Positions 9,142 to 18,454 of a stretch of DNA of 64,000 bases are shown here, piece by piece; position 1 is the first letter of the stretch, and each line of letters opens with the position of its first letter. The position numbers and the translations under genes are program-made. The notes beneath the pieces are model-generated. The model did not search any database. It saw only the letters and a program-made list of their open reading frames with translations, and had not been told where the DNA came from. Source of the DNA: an uncultured bacterium (GTDB lineage Bacteria; Patescibacteriota; Minisyncoccia; UBA6257; 2-01-FULL-56-20); NCBI GenBank assembly GCA_963719425.1, contig OY970382.1, positions 813,833-877,832 on the forward strand, written 5' to 3'.

Positions 9142-11148
9142 ATGTCGGCGATAACATTTGCATTGGGAGCTGGGGCGCTTGCGATCGTATGCGCAGCGGT
9201 ATTGATATGGAAAATTGGGAGGGCGCCTGCAGGCAATGAAAAAATGCAGGAAATCGCGCGCGCGATCCAAACGGGCGCGAAGGCATACTTGAATCGTCAG
9301 TACAAAACCGTCGCAATCGTGGCGGTCGTCGTGGCGATTTTAATCGGCGTGTTCTTGAAAGCGACGACGATGGCAGGGTTCATCATTGGCGCTTTTTCCT
9401 CGGCGCTCGCGGGATATATCGGTATGAATATGTCGGTGCGCGCGAACGTGAGGACCGCGGAGGCGGCAAAGTCGGGACTCAAGCAGGCGCTCGGCATTGC
9501 GTTTGAGGGCGGAACGGTAACGGGGCTCCTCGTCGTCGGCCTCGCGCTCATCGCCGTTTCCGGTTTCTACGCGATCACGCATGACGTGCGGGCGCTCATC
9601 GGGTTGGGATTTGGCGGAAGTTTGATATCGGTCTTCGCGCGACTGGGCGGCGGTATCTTTACGAAAGGGGCCGATGTCGGCGCGGACCTTGTTGGCAAGG
9701 TTGAAGCGGGGATTCCGGAAGATGACCCACGGAATCCGGCGGTGATTGCGGACAACGTCGGCGACAACGTCGGCGACTGCGCAGGCATGGCTGCGGACCT
9801 TTTTGAAACATATGCCGTTACCGCCGTTGCCGTGATGATTCTGGGGAGCTTGATATTCCCCGGGTCGGAGAACGCGGTACTTTTGCCGCTTGTGATCGGC
9901 GGCATCTCTATCGTGAGTTCCATCCTTGGCATTTTCTTCGTACGGCCCGGCAAGAGCCAGTCCATTATGGGCGCTCTCTATAAAGGACTTATCGCCGCGA
10001 GCGTGATTTCCGTTATCGGTTTTTGGTTCTTGTCGGACGGCTACGCGGCGGCAACGAGCGGCGCGGCGAATAGCTTGAACTTCACGCAGCTTTTCTACCC
10101 AATGCTCGTGGGGATTTTGGTGACGACGTTCATTGTCTTGATTACCGAATATTACACTTCCAAAAGATTTCGCCCAGTACGCTCCATTGCTCAATCGTCC
10201 ACGACGGGACACGGAACGAACATCATCACGGGGCTTTCGGTGGGTATGGAATCAACGGCCCTTCCGGTCATTGTGATAGTCGCGGGAATCCTTACGGCGT
10301 ACGCGACCACCGGCTTATATGGCATCGCGCTTGCCACAATGAGCATGCTTTCCATGGCGGGCATTGTGGTTGCGATTGACGCATTCGGTCCGATTACGGA
10401 CAACGCTGGCGGCATTGCCGAGATGGCAGGGTTGCCGGATGAAGTGCGCAAGGTGACCGATGCGCTTGACGCGGTAGGGAATACCACGAAAGCAGTCACA
10501 AAAGGTTATGCAATCAGCTCGGCAGGTCTCGCGGCGGTCGTTCTCTTCTCGGCATATGTTCAGGATTTGCAGAACAGGCATGGCGGCGCCGCCATAAAAT
10601 TCGATCTCTCTGATCCAAAAATTATTGTGGGACTCTTGCTCGGCGGTATGATCCCATACCTCTTTGCGTCCATCGCCATGCGCGCGGTCGGCAAAGCGGC
10701 GGGAAGCGTAGTAAATGAAGTGCGTCAGCAGTTCAGAGAGATTCCGGGAATCATGGAGGGAAAAGCAAAGCCGGACTATGCAAAGAGCGTTGACATCGTT
10801 ACATCGGCCGCGATTAAAGAAATGATCGTGCCCGCGCTTCTGCCCGTGCTCGTGCCGATCGCGGTGGCGTTCCTCCTCGGACCGCTTGCGCTCGGCGGAC
10901 TGCTCGTGGGTTCCATCGTCACCGGACTTTTCGTCGCGATTTCCATGACCTCCGGCGGCGCGGCGTGGGACAACGCGAAGAAGTATATTGAAGAGGGTAA
11001 CCTGGGCGGCAAGGGTTCGGAGACGCACAAAGCCGCGATCACCGGCGACACCGTGGGCGATCCGTATAAAGACACCGCAGGGCCGGCGATCAATCCCGTT
11101 ATCAAGATCATCAATATCATCGCGCTTCTCCTCGTCCCATTTCTATAA
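9142..11148 (+). CDS. hppA: Membrane-bound ion-translocating pyrophosphatase
   Basis: [46 protein letters not shown]. Confidence 0.96.
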   Translation: MSAITFALGAGALAIVCAAVLIWKIGRAPAGNEKMQEIARAIQTGAKAYLNRQYKTVAIVAVVVAILIGVFLKATTMAGFIIGAFSSALAGYIGMNMSVRANVRTAEAAKSGLKQALGIAFEGGTVTGLLVVGLALIAVSGFYAITHDVRALIGLGFGGSLISVFARLGGGIFTKGADVGADLVGKVEAGIPEDDPRNPAVIADNVGDNVGDCAGMAADLFETYAVTAVAVMILGSLIFPGSENAVLLPLVIGGISIVSSILGIFFVRPGKSQSIMGALYKGLIAASVISVIGFWFLSDGYAAATSGAANSLNFTQLFYPMLVGILVTTFIVLITEYYTSKRFRPVRSIAQSSTTGHGTNIITGLSVGMESTALPVIVIVAGILTAYATTGLYGIALATMSMLSMAGIVVAIDAFGPITDNAGGIAEMAGLPDEVRKVTDALDAVGNTTKAVTKGYAISSAGLAAVVLFSAYVQDLQNRHGGAAIKFDLSDPKIIVGLLLGGMIPYLFASIAMRAVGKAAGSVVNEVRQQFREIPGIMEGKAKPDYAKSVDIVTSAAIKEMIVPALLPVLVPIAVAFLLGPLALGGLLVGSIVTGLFVAISMTSGGAAWDNAKKYIEEGNLGGKGSETHKAAITGDTVGDPYKDTAGPAINPVIKIINIIALLLVPFL

Positions 11149-11178
11149 ATTGCTCGTATAAGCTAATATAAAGGAGCT

Positions 11179-11778
11179 ATGGAACCAGAAAACCAATACT
11201 TAATTCCGACGGTCATTGAAAAGTCGCAGTTCGGCGAGCGGGCATATGATATCTACTCGCGCCTGCTTAAAGAACGCATCATTTTCCTCGGCGGGCCGAT
11301 CAGCGACGCGGTGGCGAACACGGTGATCGCGCAGCTGCTCTTCTTGGATCACGAGGACCAGAAAAAAGACATCAAGCTTTATATCAACAGCCCCGGCGGT
11401 TCGGTCACGGCAGGCATGGCGATCTATGACACGATGCAATTTGTAAAGTCCGATGTTTCCACCATGTGCGTGGGAATCGCAGCGTCCATGGGCGCGTTTT
11501 TGCTTGCGGCCGGCCAGAAAGGGAAACGGCTCGCCTTGCCGAACTCGCAGATCCTGCTTCACCAGGTGATGGGCGGCGCGGAAGGGCAGGCGATTGAAAT
11601 TGAAATCGCAGCGAAACAAATCGTAAAAACAAAACAGCGGCTCAACGAACTGCTTTCAAAGCACACCGGCCAGCCGCTCGCAAAGATAGAGAAAGACACC
11701 GACCGCGACTTCTGGCTTTCCGCAGACGAAGCGAAAACCTACGGCGTGATAGACGAGATCATCAAGAATTCAAAATAG
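11179..11778 (+). CDS. clpP: ATP-dependent Clp protease proteolytic subunit
   Basis: [43 protein letters not shown]; AAGGAG upstream. Confidence 0.97.
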   Translation: MEPENQYLIPTVIEKSQFGERAYDIYSRLLKERIIFLGGPISDAVANTVIAQLLFLDHEDQKKDIKLYINSPGGSVTAGMAIYDTMQFVKSDVSTMCVGIAASMGAFLLAAGQKGKRLALPNSQILLHQVMGGAEGQAIEIEIAAKQIVKTKQRLNELLSKHTGQPLAKIEKDTDRDFWLSADEAKTYGVIDEIIKNSK

Positions 11779-11789
11779 TTCGTTTGCAT

Positions 11790-12647
11790 TTATCTTGCAG
11801 TGATGAATGCAAGAATGATCACGGATGCTGCCGCGAGAAAAAGGCCGGTCCATTGGTGAGGGCGGAGCTTTTCCTTGTTGAATAATAATCCTAACCCCGC
11901 GGCAAATGCGATATATCCCTCACTGATGCCGGTCACAACCGCGATGGGAATAAAGAGCGTCGCATAAGAAAACGTAACCCACGCGAGCTTATCAAAGAAA
12001 CTGACATTTAAGATCAGCCGCTTATTGTTCCTAAAATCGGATCTGATTTCTCCGAGCCGAGAGGTAGCCGCCAAATAAAAAATGGTCGCTATGGTGAGAA
12101 AGGCGTCCGTGAACCAGTTGATTACAAGAGGGTTTGTTTCTCGCGACCCCAAGCCGAAAAGAAAGCTGGATGCTCCCAAGCCGATAGTGCCAGCCACGGC
12201 GTACCAGGTACCTTTTTCCAGGTGAATGTTTTTAAGGTGGGAAAATGAACGGACAGAAACGAGGAAGATGCCCGCTATTAAAGTTGCCGTGAAAAAGATC
12301 TGTTCCGGCGTAAGCAGCTCTTTAATGAAATATGCTGCTAGGAATGCAGCGATAGGTATTTCAAAAGCGTAGATCGGTTCTACTACGGAGATTTTGCCAA
12401 TGCGCATTGCCTCAAAATCAAACAGGGCGGCAAGTAGAAGGACGAGGCAGGCGACCAGCAATAAAGTCGGATGGTTTTCAAGAGCGTTCTTAAGATTTGG
12501 ATAGGCGAAAGGGAATAGGATAATGGTCCCAAAAGCCGCGATGTAAAATAGCGCTACCCAATCGCCAAACCTCCTCGTGCTTCGTTGGATGAGAAAATCG
12601 CCAAGGCCCCACGAGAGCAAGGCGGTAATGGCGAGAAGTACTCCCAT
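11790..12647 (-). CDS. EamA/DMT family transporter
   Basis: About 10 TM helices in two repeats; WGLGDFL at the start and LFNKEKL...GLFLA near the end. Confidence 0.8.
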   Translation of the reverse strand: MGVLLAITALLSWGLGDFLIQRSTRRFGDWVALFYIAAFGTIILFPFAYPNLKNALENHPTLLLVACLVLLLAALFDFEAMRIGKISVVEPIYAFEIPIAAFLAAYFIKELLTPEQIFFTATLIAGIFLVSVRSFSHLKNIHLEKGTWYAVAGTIGLGASSFLFGLGSRETNPLVINWFTDAFLTIATIFYLAATSRLGEIRSDFRNNKRLILNVSFFDKLAWVTFSYATLFIPIAVVTGISEGYIAFAAGLGLLFNKEKLRPHQWTGLFLAAASVIILAFITAR

Positions 12648-12691
12648 ACGTTAGATTTTAACAGAAGCGTTTTCGTGGTAAAGTTTTTGAG

Positions 12692-13882
12692 ATGCAGGCC
12701 GTGCGAGAAAAAATTGAAGAGCTCCTTTCACGCAACGTTGCGGAGGTGATTGAAAAGGATCATCTCCGCGCCGCGCTCGCGTCTGGAAAAAAGCTGCGTG
12801 TGAAGCTCGGCATTGACCCGACCTCACCCGATTTGCATTTGGGGCACGCGGTCGTCTTGCGAAAACTTCGCGCGTTCCAGGATCTGGGACACAAAGTGAT
12901 GCTCATCATCGGCGATTTTACCGCGCAAGTCGGTGACCCTTCAGGCCGTTCAGAGACGCGAAAGATGCTTTCGCCCGGGGAGGTGAAACACAACGAGAAA
13001 GAATATCTCCGCCACGCGGGAAAAGTGGTGGACGTGAAAAAGGCGGAAATTTTCCACAATAACGAATGGTTTGGTCGCGCGGGACTTGCGGAGGTCATGC
13101 AGCTAGCGGCCGCCGCAAGCATGCAGCAGATACTCCGCCGCGCCGATTTTAAAAAGCGCCTTGCGGAGAATGTTGACGTGACCATGTTGGAAATGCTCTA
13201 TCCACTTCTCCAAGGGTACGATTCCGTGCGGGTGAGGGCGGACGTTGAGCTTGGCGGCACGGACCAGCTCTTCAACCTGCTCATGGGGCGGCAGGTGCAG
13301 AAACGCTTTGGCATGCCCGAGCAGGATATCCTGACCGTGCCTTTGCTTGAGGGGCTTGATGGGGTGAAGAAAATGTCAAAAACCTATGGGAACTACATTG
13401 GTTTAGATGATGAACCAACAGATATGTTTGGGAAGACGATGTCATTACCCGATTCGCTTATTACAAAATATTTTATGTTTTGTACCGGACTTTCGGAAGG
13501 CGAGATCGGCAAGTTGAAGAAAACACTGAAGCCGAAAGTGCTCAAGGAGCGGCTCGCGCTGGAGATTGTCAAGCTTTATCATGGAGACGCCGCTGCAAAG
13601 CGTGCAGAGGAATATTTTGAGAAAACGTTTTCAAAAAAAGAAGGCGCGACTGATGCGCCGGAGCTTGTGTTCGCAAGAAAATCGCTCACCGTACTTGACC
13701 TGGTGATTGCCTCGGGCGCGGTGAAAAGCAAGAGTGAGGCGCGGCGTCTCATTGAGCAGGGCGGTCTTGATCTGGACGGGAAGACAATTAAAGATCCACA
13801 AAAAGTTCTTCAGCTCAAAGGCGGAGAAGCGGTGAAGATAGGGAAGAAGCGTTTCTTCAAGATTCTTGCGCCATCCACTTGA
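12692..13882 (+). CDS. tyrS: Tyrosine--tRNA ligase
   Basis: GIDPTSPDLHLGH, YPLLQGYD, GGTDQLFN, KMSKT, C-terminal S4-like domain. Confidence 0.97.
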   Translation: MQAVREKIEELLSRNVAEVIEKDHLRAALASGKKLRVKLGIDPTSPDLHLGHAVVLRKLRAFQDLGHKVMLIIGDFTAQVGDPSGRSETRKMLSPGEVKHNEKEYLRHAGKVVDVKKAEIFHNNEWFGRAGLAEVMQLAAAASMQQILRRADFKKRLAENVDVTMLEMLYPLLQGYDSVRVRADVELGGTDQLFNLLMGRQVQKRFGMPEQDILTVPLLEGLDGVKKMSKTYGNYIGLDDEPTDMFGKTMSLPDSLITKYFMFCTGLSEGEIGKLKKTLKPKVLKERLALEIVKLYHGDAAAKRAEEYFEKTFSKKEGATDAPELVFARKSLTVLDLVIASGAVKSKSEARRLIEQGGLDLDGKTIKDPQKVLQLKGGEAVKIGKKRFFKILAPST

Positions 13883-13952
13883 GCGGGTAAGGGGAATCGA
13901 ACCCCTGTCATCAGCTTGGAAAGCTGAGGTAATGCCATTATACGATACCCGC
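13882..13952 (-). tRNA. tRNA-Gly(TCC)
   Basis: Minus strand GCGGGTA...TCAGC TT TCC AA GCTGA...GGTTCGATTCC...TACCCGC. Confidence 0.93.
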
Positions 13953-14071
13953 GCCGCTTCCCAATGCACCATGCGGCGGTCGTTGCAACTATAGTGCGCC
14001 GGAAACGTAATAATAATGTAACATTCCGCCTTGCGTTTTTCAATTATTTTCGGTAGAATGCATCTAACCAA

Positions 14072-14665
14072 ATGTGGAGTTCCCACAAGACCAAAATTAT
14101 TTTGGGCTTCGTCGCCATCGTGGCAATCGGATATGCCGTTGCGAGGTTTGTGCAGGGGAGTGGCACCATACCACAGAGTTTCGTCAATGCGCGGACACAG
14201 GGCGCCATCATTGCGCAGAACATCGTAAACCTTTCCAATCAGTCCACCGCGACCCTTGAACAAGTGAACACGATGGACGAAAAACGGGACTATACGAATG
14301 CGCTCACGCTTACGACGGGACTTGTCACCCAAAGTCAGGAGATCCGCGACCAGGCGGTGGAACTTTCGGGACAGATTGAGGAAATGACGAAGGCACTCTC
14401 CGACATCTCTGACTTCAATGCGCGGCAGGCGGCGCTGGAGTCCATCTCCAATCGCCTTGCGCTCATCAATCAGCTCATCAATTACAGTGGCGATCTTGGC
14501 CAGCTCCTCCAGGTATTACAGGACCGGTTTACGGGCAGAGGCGGCACGAATACCGAAGTGCAGGCGCTTGTGAATCAAATCAACACCGACGTGAACGCAA
14601 TCAATAATTTCAACGCGCAGGCGGGACAAGCAATGGACCGGTTTGATACTATAGTAGGGAAGTAG
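14072..14665 (+). CDS. Hypothetical N-terminally anchored coiled-coil/helical protein
   Basis: One TM segment followed by Gln/Asn-rich heptad-like sequence. Confidence 0.75.
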   Translation: MWSSHKTKIILGFVAIVAIGYAVARFVQGSGTIPQSFVNARTQGAIIAQNIVNLSNQSTATLEQVNTMDEKRDYTNALTLTTGLVTQSQEIRDQAVELSGQIEEMTKALSDISDFNARQAALESISNRLALINQLINYSGDLGQLLQVLQDRFTGRGGTNTEVQALVNQINTDVNAINNFNAQAGQAMDRFDTIVGK

Positions 14666-14703
14666 CCCAGCCGTACTTTCGCCCCGCGAAAGTACGGCTG
14701 GGC
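14665..14703. terminator. Perfect 18-bp hairpin just upstream of tRNA-Ile
   Basis: GCCCAGCCGTACTTTCGC-CCC-GCGAAAGTACGGCTGGGC. There is no U-tract, so the function is uncertain. Confidence 0.5.
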
Positions 14704-14705
14704 GG

Positions 14706-14777
14706 GGGCACGTAGCTCAACGGCAGAGCAGACGTCTTATACACGTCCGGTTCCTGGTTCGAATCCAGGCGTGCCCA
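14706..14777 (+). tRNA. tRNA-Ile(TAT)
   Basis: GGGCACG/CGTGCCC acceptor stem, anticodon arm GACGT-CT TAT AC-ACGTC, T-loop GTTCGAATC. Confidence 0.9.
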
Positions 14778-14778
14778 C

Positions 14779-15306
14779 ATGATCATTGTTTTCACAGGGG
14801 ACGGAAAAGGGAAAACGACGGTGTCGCTTGGCCAGATGGTGCGCGTCATAGGGCGCGGGAAATCAGCGCTTATGATCCAGTTCATCAAAGGGCCGTGGAT
14901 TTCGGGCGAGGATGAATTCAGGAAATTGTTCGGCATCCCGAAGGAAAAATTTGAAATACGAAAAATGGGGCTGGGATTCGTGGGAATCCTTGGCGATAAG
15001 CTGCCGATTGAAAAGCACAAGGAGGCGGCGCGGAACGCGCTCAACGCTTTCATTAAAGAAAAACAATCCGGCACGTGGCACCTTATTGTGCTTGATGAAG
15101 TGAACGTCGCGGTATCGCTTGGGCTTCTTGCGGTGGAAGAGGTGCTTGAGGCGATAAAAGATTTTCCGGAGAACAGGATTTTGATATTGAGCGGGCGCGG
15201 GGCGCCGCAAGCATTCATTGATGTTGCCGACCTCGCGACCGAAATGAAAGAAATAAAGCACCCGTTCGCGAGGGGCGGGCGTGCAAAGTTTACGGTAGAA
15301 TTTTAG
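14779..15306 (+). CDS. cobO: Cob(I)yrinic acid a,c-diamide adenosyltransferase (CobO/BtuR type)
   Basis: FTGDGKGKTT, IQFIKG, VLDEVN, LSGR, ADLATEMKEIKHPF. Confidence 0.88.
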   Translation: MIIVFTGDGKGKTTVSLGQMVRVIGRGKSALMIQFIKGPWISGEDEFRKLFGIPKEKFEIRKMGLGFVGILGDKLPIEKHKEAARNALNAFIKEKQSGTWHLIVLDEVNVAVSLGLLAVEEVLEAIKDFPENRILILSGRGAPQAFIDVADLATEMKEIKHPFARGGRAKFTVEF

Positions 15307-15357
15307 ACACAGCGCATGTAAATTTGGTTCGCTTTATCTCGCACGAAGCTTTACCGC

Positions 15358-15420
15358 AGAAAGAAAATTCCCCTCCGGCTCGCGTGCAGACGAGCTCGCC
15401 GGAAGGGAATTTTCTTTTCT
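15358..15420. terminator. Bidirectional terminator-like hairpin between convergent genes, with a repeat motif in its loop
   Basis: AAGAAAATTCCC...GGGAATTTTCTT inverted repeat. Confidence 0.65.
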
Positions 15421-15425
15421 GCAAG

Positions 15426-15593
15426 TTACATCTTGGCTCCGCCAGCCGGACCGCCTTTCTTTTCAAGCGCAGCCCAGAGCGCAAGGACGGCTACAAGAAG
15501 TCCCGCGATGATCATCCACGTGACGCCTGTTCCCATATAGGCGAACAGAATAATAAGGATTCCCAATAGAACGTTAACCCATTGCTTCCACAT
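15426..15593 (-). CDS. Small two-TM membrane protein (SPW-repeat-like), 55 aa
   Basis: Manual translation MWKQWVNVLLGILIILFAYMGTGVTWMIIAGLLVAVLALWAALEKKGGPAGGAKM*; below the ORF-track cutoff. Confidence 0.7.
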   Translation of the reverse strand: MWKQWVNVLLGILIILFAYMGTGVTWMIIAGLLVAVLALWAALEKKGGPAGGAKM

Positions 15594-15650
15594 GATAATT
15601 AAGGGTGAGTGATTATTTTCGGCCTTTATGAATATTATATCAAAATGGGG

Positions 15651-17480
15651 TTACGCGCCGATCGGTTTGATCTTAAATGGCTTCAAAAGGTTGCGGAATT
15701 CGTCTTGTTCCAGCGTTTCCTTTTGCATGAGCGTCTCCGCGATTTTTTTGAGCGCCGCCTTATGTACCTTGAGGATTTTCTCCGCCGTTGCGTATGCGTG
15801 CGAGATAAAGCCGTGCACCTGCGCGTCAATTTCCGCCGCCACCTTTTCGGAATAATTTTTTTCGGTGGCGATTTCGCGGCCAAGGAAGATGAGCTCTTCG
15901 GCTTTGCCGAACGTCATGGGTCCGAGTTCGCTCATGCCGTATTTCGTGACGAGCCGCCGCGCGAGATCGGAGGCCTCCCTAAGGTCGTTGGAGGCGCCCG
16001 TGGAGACGTCGCCGAAGGTGAGCTTCTCCGACGCATAGCCGCCCATCATCATGGCAAGATCGGCGAGGAATTGAGTGCGTGTCTTCAAGTGTTGGTCCTC
16101 GGTGGGGAGTTTCATTGTGTAGCCGCCCGCAAATCCGCGGCTGATAATGGAAACCTTTTGCACCGGGTCGGCGTTTTTCATCGCGGCCGCGACGAGCGCG
16201 TGGCCGCCTTCGTGGTAGGCGGTGATTTCCTTTTCTTTTTGTGAGATTACGCGGCTTTTCCGCTCGGGGCCGAGAATCACCTTCTCGGCGGCTTCAAAGA
16301 ATTCCGCTTGTCCGATAAGTTTCTTATTCAGTCGCGCGGCGCTGATTGCCGCCTCGTTCATGAGATTTGCAAGGTCCGCGCCCGAGAATCCCGGCGTGCG
16401 GATGGCGACCTTGCGGAGGTCAACGTTCTTCTCCAGTAATTTTCCCTCCGCGTGGATCTTCAAGATTGCCTCGCGGTCGTTGAGATCGGGGAGATCAAGA
16501 ATGACGCGGCGGTCAAAGCGGCCGGGGCGGAGGAGCGCCGGATCCAAAATATCCGGCCGGTTCGTGGCGGCAAGGACGATCACGCGCGTGTCGCGGTCAA
16601 AACCATCCATTTCAACGAGGATTTGATTGAGCGTCTGCTCGCGCTCGTCGTTCCCGCCGCCGAGGCCCGCGCCGCGCTGGCGGCCGACGGCGTCAATTTC
16701 GTCAATGAAAAGGATCGCCGGTGCGGCGCGTTTCGCAGTCATAAACGCATCCCGCGTGCGGCTGGCGCCCACGCCCACAAACATTTCCACGAATTCCGAT
16801 GCGGAAATGTAGAAAAACGGCACGCCGCTCTCGCCCGCGACGGCACGCGCGACCAGTGTTTTTCCTGTTCCGGGCGGCCCCATGAGCAATATGCCGCGAG
16901 GGATCCGCGCGCCCAAGTCAAGGAACTTTTTAGGATTTTTTAAGAAATCAACCACTTCAATAAGCTCCTCTTTCGCCTCCTTGAGTCCCGCGACATTCTT
17001 GAACATGACCTTGTCCTTGAACGTTGAAAGACGAAGATTGGAGCGTCCGAAGTTGAACGCCTGATTCACGCCCGTGCGCGCCTGCCGGAACATGAGCCAG
17101 AAAATAAAACCGATGGCGAGGAGGGGGAGAAGAGTGGGAATCAAAATGCCCGCCCAGAACTGCCAGCCCGACTGGTCCTGAACCTCAAGGTCAACGTTCT
17201 GGAGTGCTTGCGGCGCGACGCCCAAATTTTTTAGGGTCTCCGAGATGCCCGATTCGCTCTCTTTCTTGGAAACGGCGGTGCTGCCGTCCTTAAGGGTTAC
17301 CGTGAGGTCGTTGCCGTTCACGATGACCTTCGTGACCCCGCCTGCATTGATCTTGTCCACGAGCTGGTTCAAGCTCAAAGTTTGCGGCGATGTTCCCGGG
17401 CCGACAAACAGCGAGAAGAGAAGCGCGATCACGACGAGCGTGAGGATCGCCCAGAGGATGTTTTTGGTAAGATTGGACAT
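15651..17480 (-). CDS. ftsH: ATP-dependent zinc metalloprotease FtsH
   Basis: Two TM segments, [30 protein letters not shown]. Confidence 0.97.
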   Translation of the reverse strand: MSNLTKNILWAILTLVVIALLFSLFVGPGTSPQTLSLNQLVDKINAGGVTKVIVNGNDLTVTLKDGSTAVSKKESESGISETLKNLGVAPQALQNVDLEVQDQSGWQFWAGILIPTLLPLLAIGFIFWLMFRQARTGVNQAFNFGRSNLRLSTFKDKVMFKNVAGLKEAKEELIEVVDFLKNPKKFLDLGARIPRGILLMGPPGTGKTLVARAVAGESGVPFFYISASEFVEMFVGVGASRTRDAFMTAKRAAPAILFIDEIDAVGRQRGAGLGGGNDEREQTLNQILVEMDGFDRDTRVIVLAATNRPDILDPALLRPGRFDRRVILDLPDLNDREAILKIHAEGKLLEKNVDLRKVAIRTPGFSGADLANLMNEAAISAARLNKKLIGQAEFFEAAEKVILGPERKSRVISQKEKEITAYHEGGHALVAAAMKNADPVQKVSIISRGFAGGYTMKLPTEDQHLKTRTQFLADLAMMMGGYASEKLTFGDVSTGASNDLREASDLARRLVTKYGMSELGPMTFGKAEELIFLGREIATEKNYSEKVAAEIDAQVHGFISHAYATAEKILKVHKAALKKIAETLMQKETLEQDEFRNLLKPFKIKPIGA

Positions 17481-17513
17481 GTGTGAAAATTATAAGAGAA
17501 TGGGCTGCGGGGG

Positions 17514-18128
17514 TCAATCTTCTTTGCGAAACACCCCTGCGACGAACTTCGCGAGGAAATAATCCGCAAGAAGGAAAAGAACGAGACCGATAAAAAATAC
17601 CAGCTCAAAGTTGCGGAATATGGCGATGGCGCGAAGCGGCGCGAGGCCGGAGATGAGGCCGTAAGCAAGCCCGAGGAGGATAGGAAGCCAGATTATGACG
17701 GAAAGCGCCGAATTACGGAAAAATTTTTTGAACCCCATTCTGCTCCACCCTGCGGAAAAGATGACGGGGAATGCCGATGCGTAGAAAAATTTTGATAGAA
17801 CGATCCACCGCCTCCCATTGCGTTCAAATGCCCCTTCTACTCTCCCATGCCACGAAGGCAGGCGGCGCTTGATCCAGCGTCCGAACTTCGTGTCGCGTGT
17901 CGCGCGTCCCAGCGTATACCAAAGGAGATCGCCGGTTATGTCGGCAAGGAAAATCGTGAGAATAAGAAGCGGAACGCCCCATGTGCCGAAATATCCCTGG
18001 AAGACAATCCAGAAGCTCACGAACGCAGAAATGTTCCCGAGGAAGATCGTCGCGATGTAGATAATAAAATAAGCCAAAAAGAGGTTTTGACTTGCGAGAA
18101 GCCCTATATCGGCGACAAAAGTACCCAC
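17514..18128 (-). CDS. DedA/VTT-like membrane protein
   Basis: GDLLWYTLGR, IVLSKF, AGWSRMGFKKFF pattern. Confidence 0.75.
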   Translation of the reverse strand: MGTFVADIGLLASQNLFLAYFIIYIATIFLGNISAFVSFWIVFQGYFGTWGVPLLILTIFLADITGDLLWYTLGRATRDTKFGRWIKRRLPSWHGRVEGAFERNGRRWIVLSKFFYASAFPVIFSAGWSRMGFKKFFRNSALSVIIWLPILLGLAYGLISGLAPLRAIAIFRNFELVFFIGLVLFLLADYFLAKFVAGVFRKED

Positions 18129-18179
18129 GTCTATTGATTATATCACTCCATCATGGCATAATGTCACGAAAGAGTTGAT

Positions 18180-18251
18180 GGTGCCTATGGTGTAGCGGCA
18201 GCACTAGAGTCTGTGGCACTCTCGGCGCCGGTTCGAATCCGGCTAGGCACC
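18180..18251 (+). tRNA. tRNA-His(GTG) with encoded G-1
   Basis: G-GTGCCTA...AGAGT CT GTG GC ACTCT...GTTCGAATCC...TAGGCAC-C. Confidence 0.92.
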
Positions 18252-18454
18252 CATCGTAGAAATTTATCCGATAGCGCTGATGGGATAAGCAGATTTTGGT
18301 TCGAGTGGGGCCCATCCGGCTGCAGTAAGGTCTGATGTCAAAGAAACGCACGACCTATTGCGTCTGCTTGAGTTTCGGAAATGAATGGACACGGCCTTCC
18401 ATGCCCCTTAAGGGGATTCGGGAAACTTGAGTGTGTTATACTTCATGCAAAGCT

